NCBI GenBank assembly: GCA_002633005.1
Contig: NMRA01000187.1
Span: 553,740 to 617,739, forward strand
DNA from: Phoronis australis
Lineage: Eukaryota; Animalia; Phoronida
DNA length: 64,000 nt
Reading direction: 5' to 3'
The translations under genes were made by a program, and so were the position numbers. The notes under the pieces are model-generated. The model ran no database searches. It was given only the letters and a program-made list of their open reading frames with translations, and was not told the origin of the DNA. Positions 62,401-64,000 of this stretch are shown in pieces (positions within the stretch are counted from its first letter, which is position 1; every line of letters starts with the position of its first letter).

Positions 62401-63587
62401 TTTAGAATCTCATTTGCAAGCACTTCTCCATAACTGAATCGCCCCCCAAAGCTGATTTTCGGAATTTTCAATTCTTATTTGTCGAACTGGATTGTTGCAC
62501 GATTCAAATCATTTTTGTGGATATCCTAACACTTAAAATTGTGGTTGATACATAGGTTTTTCTTTCATTACATTGTGTCTACACAAGACATCGCAATGGC
62601 ATCGGGAAGTTCCGTTGGTGGTCGTCTTGGCTTTCCGAAAGTCTCCTGTATTTCCTGCGCAAAATTGTACATTTTCACGAATTGTCTCTCACATTTCTGA
62701 ACATGTCACCCATTTTCTTATAGAAACGCGAAGATGAGTTTGTTATCTCCGCTGATTATCTGAACAACGACCCTGGCTTTAAACCCCAAATGCGAGCCAT
62801 ACTGGTGGACTGGCTTGTTCAAGTACAGGTATTTCTCTAACCTGACTGTTTGAGTAAAAGGAATGACTGACTCCTATTTGCAAGATTTCGAACTATAGAT
62901 GTAGTACTGTACCCACTAAATTGCGCGATTTCCTGCTATTTTGATGATTGACAATGACATTGTAAAAATAAAGTTAAAATATGAACAAGGAGCAGCTGAG
63001 TCGCATTTTTTCCAACAGAGTATTTTCACAATTTGCTGAACTTAGTCTAAGTCTTAGACACAGAGGAGCTTCGTGTGTGTGCCTGTACATATAAATTTTC
63101 CTCAATGTTTTAGGCCTACTTGGAGATGTTCGACGGCACTCTTCAAATAGCCGTTCAACTTCTGGATCAGTTCCTCTCCAAACACATGGTGCTAGCCAGT
63201 CGTCTGCAGTTGGTTGGCGTCGCATGTCTCTTCATCGCCGCTAAACTGGAGGAGCGGTTCCCACCTGAGGTGATCACTGGCAATTTATGAGCTAGGATAC
63301 TGCATAAAACTGTGCGTTTCCTGTTAACGTCTGGGCAATGTCGCTGTTGTTATCGCAAATGCAGATGGCTTATTCAAATAAAGACGGAAATAGGATGTCA
63401 AAATAATGTCTTTTTCCTTCTGATTCAGATAGCGACCTTGACTCACCTCACTCAAGACGCCTACACCTACGATGACGTGACAGCGATGGAGATGACGGTC
63501 TTGAAGAAGCTAGAATTCAACGTCTGCCGACATTCACCGGAAACTTTTGTCGAGCGCCTTTGTCTGGCTGTGCCGGTCAACCAGATG
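59415..63587 (+). CDS. Divergent B-type cyclin / cyclin P (CNTD2)-like protein, 3' end beyond the window
   Basis: Exons 59415-59555, 60204-60348, 60744-60809, 61872-62017, 62724-62828, 63114-63269 and 63429-63587 are in frame. Motifs VVDID..MCKEYAQDIVSYLR, MRAILVDWLVQVQ, LQLVGVACLFIAAKLEE, AYT..MEMTVLKKLEF. The three N-terminal exons are less certain than the cyclin box. Confidence 0.88.
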
Positions 63588-64000
63588 GTGGGTACATGTT
63601 AGAAGGTTTAAGAGAGATGTACCTGTCTCGGGTTGTGCTTTTCGTTAGCGCACTTGTTCATTCTTCTGGGTGTTCATGAAGGTTTTGTGCTTGTATGTCT
63701 GATTTGAAACTAGGGTGACTCCACCAACTGTCTGCCTTAAAGAGATTCCCAACTGCATCTACGGTTCTCTGAATGCACAGAGGAGATGAGTCGTTGTTAA
63801 AGCCAGTTTTTGGTTTCTTGTCATTTTCACAGATTATATTTAAACTCCATTTTGAGGTTATAAAATATCGCACGTAATATAATTTTTTTTCATTTACATT
63901 CATTCTTTGTCAGTCTACTATAGTGACGCCTGTTTTAAGTTTCGTTGTTTTATGATCTTGCAGTGAGTATACAATCAAAAAATCGTTTTGTCATCTTTTT

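Overview
Intron-rich animal genomic DNA, probably a non-arthropod, non-nematode invertebrate (species not determinable), from a draft assembly with gaps at 454-695 and 53457-54433 and single Ns at 20709, 25663 and 34348. I assembled seven protein-coding genes by hand from splice sites with consistent reading phase: (1) a fungal-type cysteine synthase (+); (2) an intronless class A peptide-receptor-like GPCR (-); (3) B9D2 (-); (4) TDP1 with an N-terminal PBZ finger (+), divergent from B9D2; (5) a compact secreted reprolysin/ADAMTS-like metalloprotease with almost no prodomain (+); (6) a CaRF/FAR1-like, Mutator-transposase-related DNA-binding protein with no catalytic domain (-); (7) a divergent B-type/cyclin P-like cyclin (+) that runs off the window end. 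Non-coding DNA holds many MITEs, SINE and LINE remnants, and a probable LTR with two long hairpins that pair best as minus-strand RNA. Two exon-containing duplications inside TDP1 look like uncollapsed haplotypes. I see no clearly new multi-gene system. The best leads are the transposase-derived factor, the short-prodomain protease, the cysteine synthase and the hairpin pair. All family assignments come from motif recognition; no database search was run.
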